A DNA stretch of 64,000 nt. It comes from an uncultured Clostridium sp. Lineage in GTDB: Bacteria; Bacillota; Clostridia; TANB77; CAG-508. Shown here piece after piece: positions 62,766-64,000 of this stretch. The stretch is from NCBI GenBank assembly GCA_947575605.1, contig CANPNZ010000008.1, positions 476 to 64,475 of the forward strand, read 5' to 3'. The notes below the pieces were generated by a model. That model saw nothing but the letters and a program-made list of their open reading frames with translations. It was not told the DNA's origin and ran no database searches. The position numbers and the translations under genes are program-made. Each line of letters begins with the position of its first letter. Within the stretch, counting starts at the first letter, position 1.

Positions 62766-64000
62766 CACCAAGAATGGCGTTATTTAGCCACTTTTAGTCC
62801 CTTTTAGTTTTATTTAGTTTAATGAAAAATGACTAAATAAGCCTAAAAAAACTAAATAAAACTAAACAAACAAAAAAAGTTTGTGACCGAATTCGTGTAA
62901 AATTCGTGTAGGACATAAAATATTATTTTAATATAAGAGAAAATATGATAATATAAACTAGATGAAAGTGAGTTGAATATACATATGAATAATAAAAATA
63001 TATCTGAATTAATGCCTATTAGTAAAGCAGACCATGATTTAATAGATATTGAAAAAATATATGATGATATTAGAAATAAAATTATTGTAGCACGAGAAAA
63101 AATGTTGAAACATATTGATACAACTATGGTAGAGGTTTATTGGTATGTTGGAAAAATAACTTATGAATTATTTGAAAATAGTAATAAAGCAATTTATGGA
63201 AAAAAGATAATAGAAGCATTATCGAGTAAATTGACTAATGAATTTGGAGGCGGTTTTTCACCAGTTAGTATTAGAAGAATGCGAAGATTTTATGAAATGT
63301 ATCCAATATGGTCGGCAGTGCCGACCGAATTGAGTTGGTCACATTTTCAAGAGCTAATAAGAATAGATAGAAAAGAAGAAAGAGAGTTTTACGAAATTGA
63401 GTCAATTAAATCCAATTGGGGCTATAGGGAATTAAACAGACAAATAAATACAAAATTATATGATAGATATTTAATATCTCCAGATAAAAATAAGATTATG
63501 GTAGAGTCAAAAAAAGGGTTAATTGAAAAGCAACCAGAGGAACTTTTAAAAAATCCTTATATTTTTGAATTTGCTGGATTAAAAGAAAATAAAAATTATT
63601 TAGAAACAGATTTAGAAAAAGCCTTACTTTCTCATTTGACAGAATTTCTATTAGAACTAGGAAGAGGATTTTCATTTGTAGCTAGTCAACAAAGAATTAA
63701 AATCGGTTCTGAATATTATTATCCAGACTTAATATTTTATAATCGTCTTGCAAAATGCTTTGTAATTATAGATTTAAAAATTGGAAAACTAACACATCAA
63801 GATATTGGACAAATGCAAATGTATGTAAATTATTATAAAAAGACTCAAATGATAGATGGAGAAAATGAACCAATAGGAATATTATTATGTGCTGATAAAG
63901 ATGATGCTGTTGTAGAAATGACACTAGGAGATGATGTGAAAAACGTTTATGCTTCAAAATATTTAACCTATTTACCAACAAAAGAAGAACTAATTAAGAT
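62763..64000. mobile_element. Left end of an element inserted in uvrB
   Basis: Abrupt end of uvrB homology, inverted repeat TTTAGTTTTATTTAGTTT/AAACTAAATAAAACTAAA, tandem AATTCGTGTA, then a DUF1016 gene. Confidence 0.6.
62985..64000 (+). CDS. YhcG/DUF1016 PDDEXK nuclease-domain protein (runs off window)
   Basis: YW.VGK, LSWSHF, FLLELGRGF.FV..Q, DLKIGK..HQDIGQMQMYVNYY, PIGILLC. Confidence 0.92.
   Translation, partial: MNNKNISELMPISKADHDLIDIEKIYDDIRNKIIVAREKMLKHIDTTMVEVYWYVGKITYELFENSNKAIYGKKIIEALSSKLTNEFGGGFSPVSIRRMRRFYEMYPIWSAVPTELSWSHFQELIRIDRKEEREFYEIESIKSNWGYRELNRQINTKLYDRYLISPDKNKIMVESKKGLIEKQPEELLKNPYIFEFAGLKENKNYLETDLEKALLSHLTEFLLELGRGFSFVASQQRIKIGSEYYYPDLIFYNRLAKCFVIIDLKIGKLTHQDIGQMQMYVNYYKKTQMIDGENEPIGILLCADKDDAVVEMTLGDDVKNVYASKYLTYLPTKEELIK

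Noticed and set aside
1-64000. tRNA or rRNA genes, including a suppressor tRNA explaining CGG decoding
   Set aside because: No cloverleaf or rRNA sequence was recognised in this window; any responsible factor must lie elsewhere.

Overview
AT-rich chromosomal window from a spore-forming, low-GC Clostridia-like bacterium. It carries murT/gatD, dxr, trxB/trxA, pta-ackA-ackA, T-box-ileS, rny-ymdB-spoVS, recA-recX-scpA, miaB, mutS and a folate ECF transporter. It ends with a uvrB gene interrupted by an insertion. The main discovery is that ten unrelated genes, including ileS, recA, gatD and trxB, are each broken by the same +1 frameshift. In every case an in-frame CGG codon sits at the break, and skipping its C gives a GGA/GGT glycine codon that restores the full protein, often at an invariant Gly. 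A manual scan found no in-frame CGG elsewhere in intact genes, while out-of-frame CGG trinucleotides are common. This suggests a non-triplet decoding rule (CGG-N read as one Gly, or obligatory +1 frameshifting at CGG) rather than ten pseudogenes. Other notable items are a family of long rod-like palindromes with shared internal-loop motifs, a small TIR-bounded MITE family, a pilin-like probable DGR target, a BcgI-like Type IIB R-M system and several deletion remnants.
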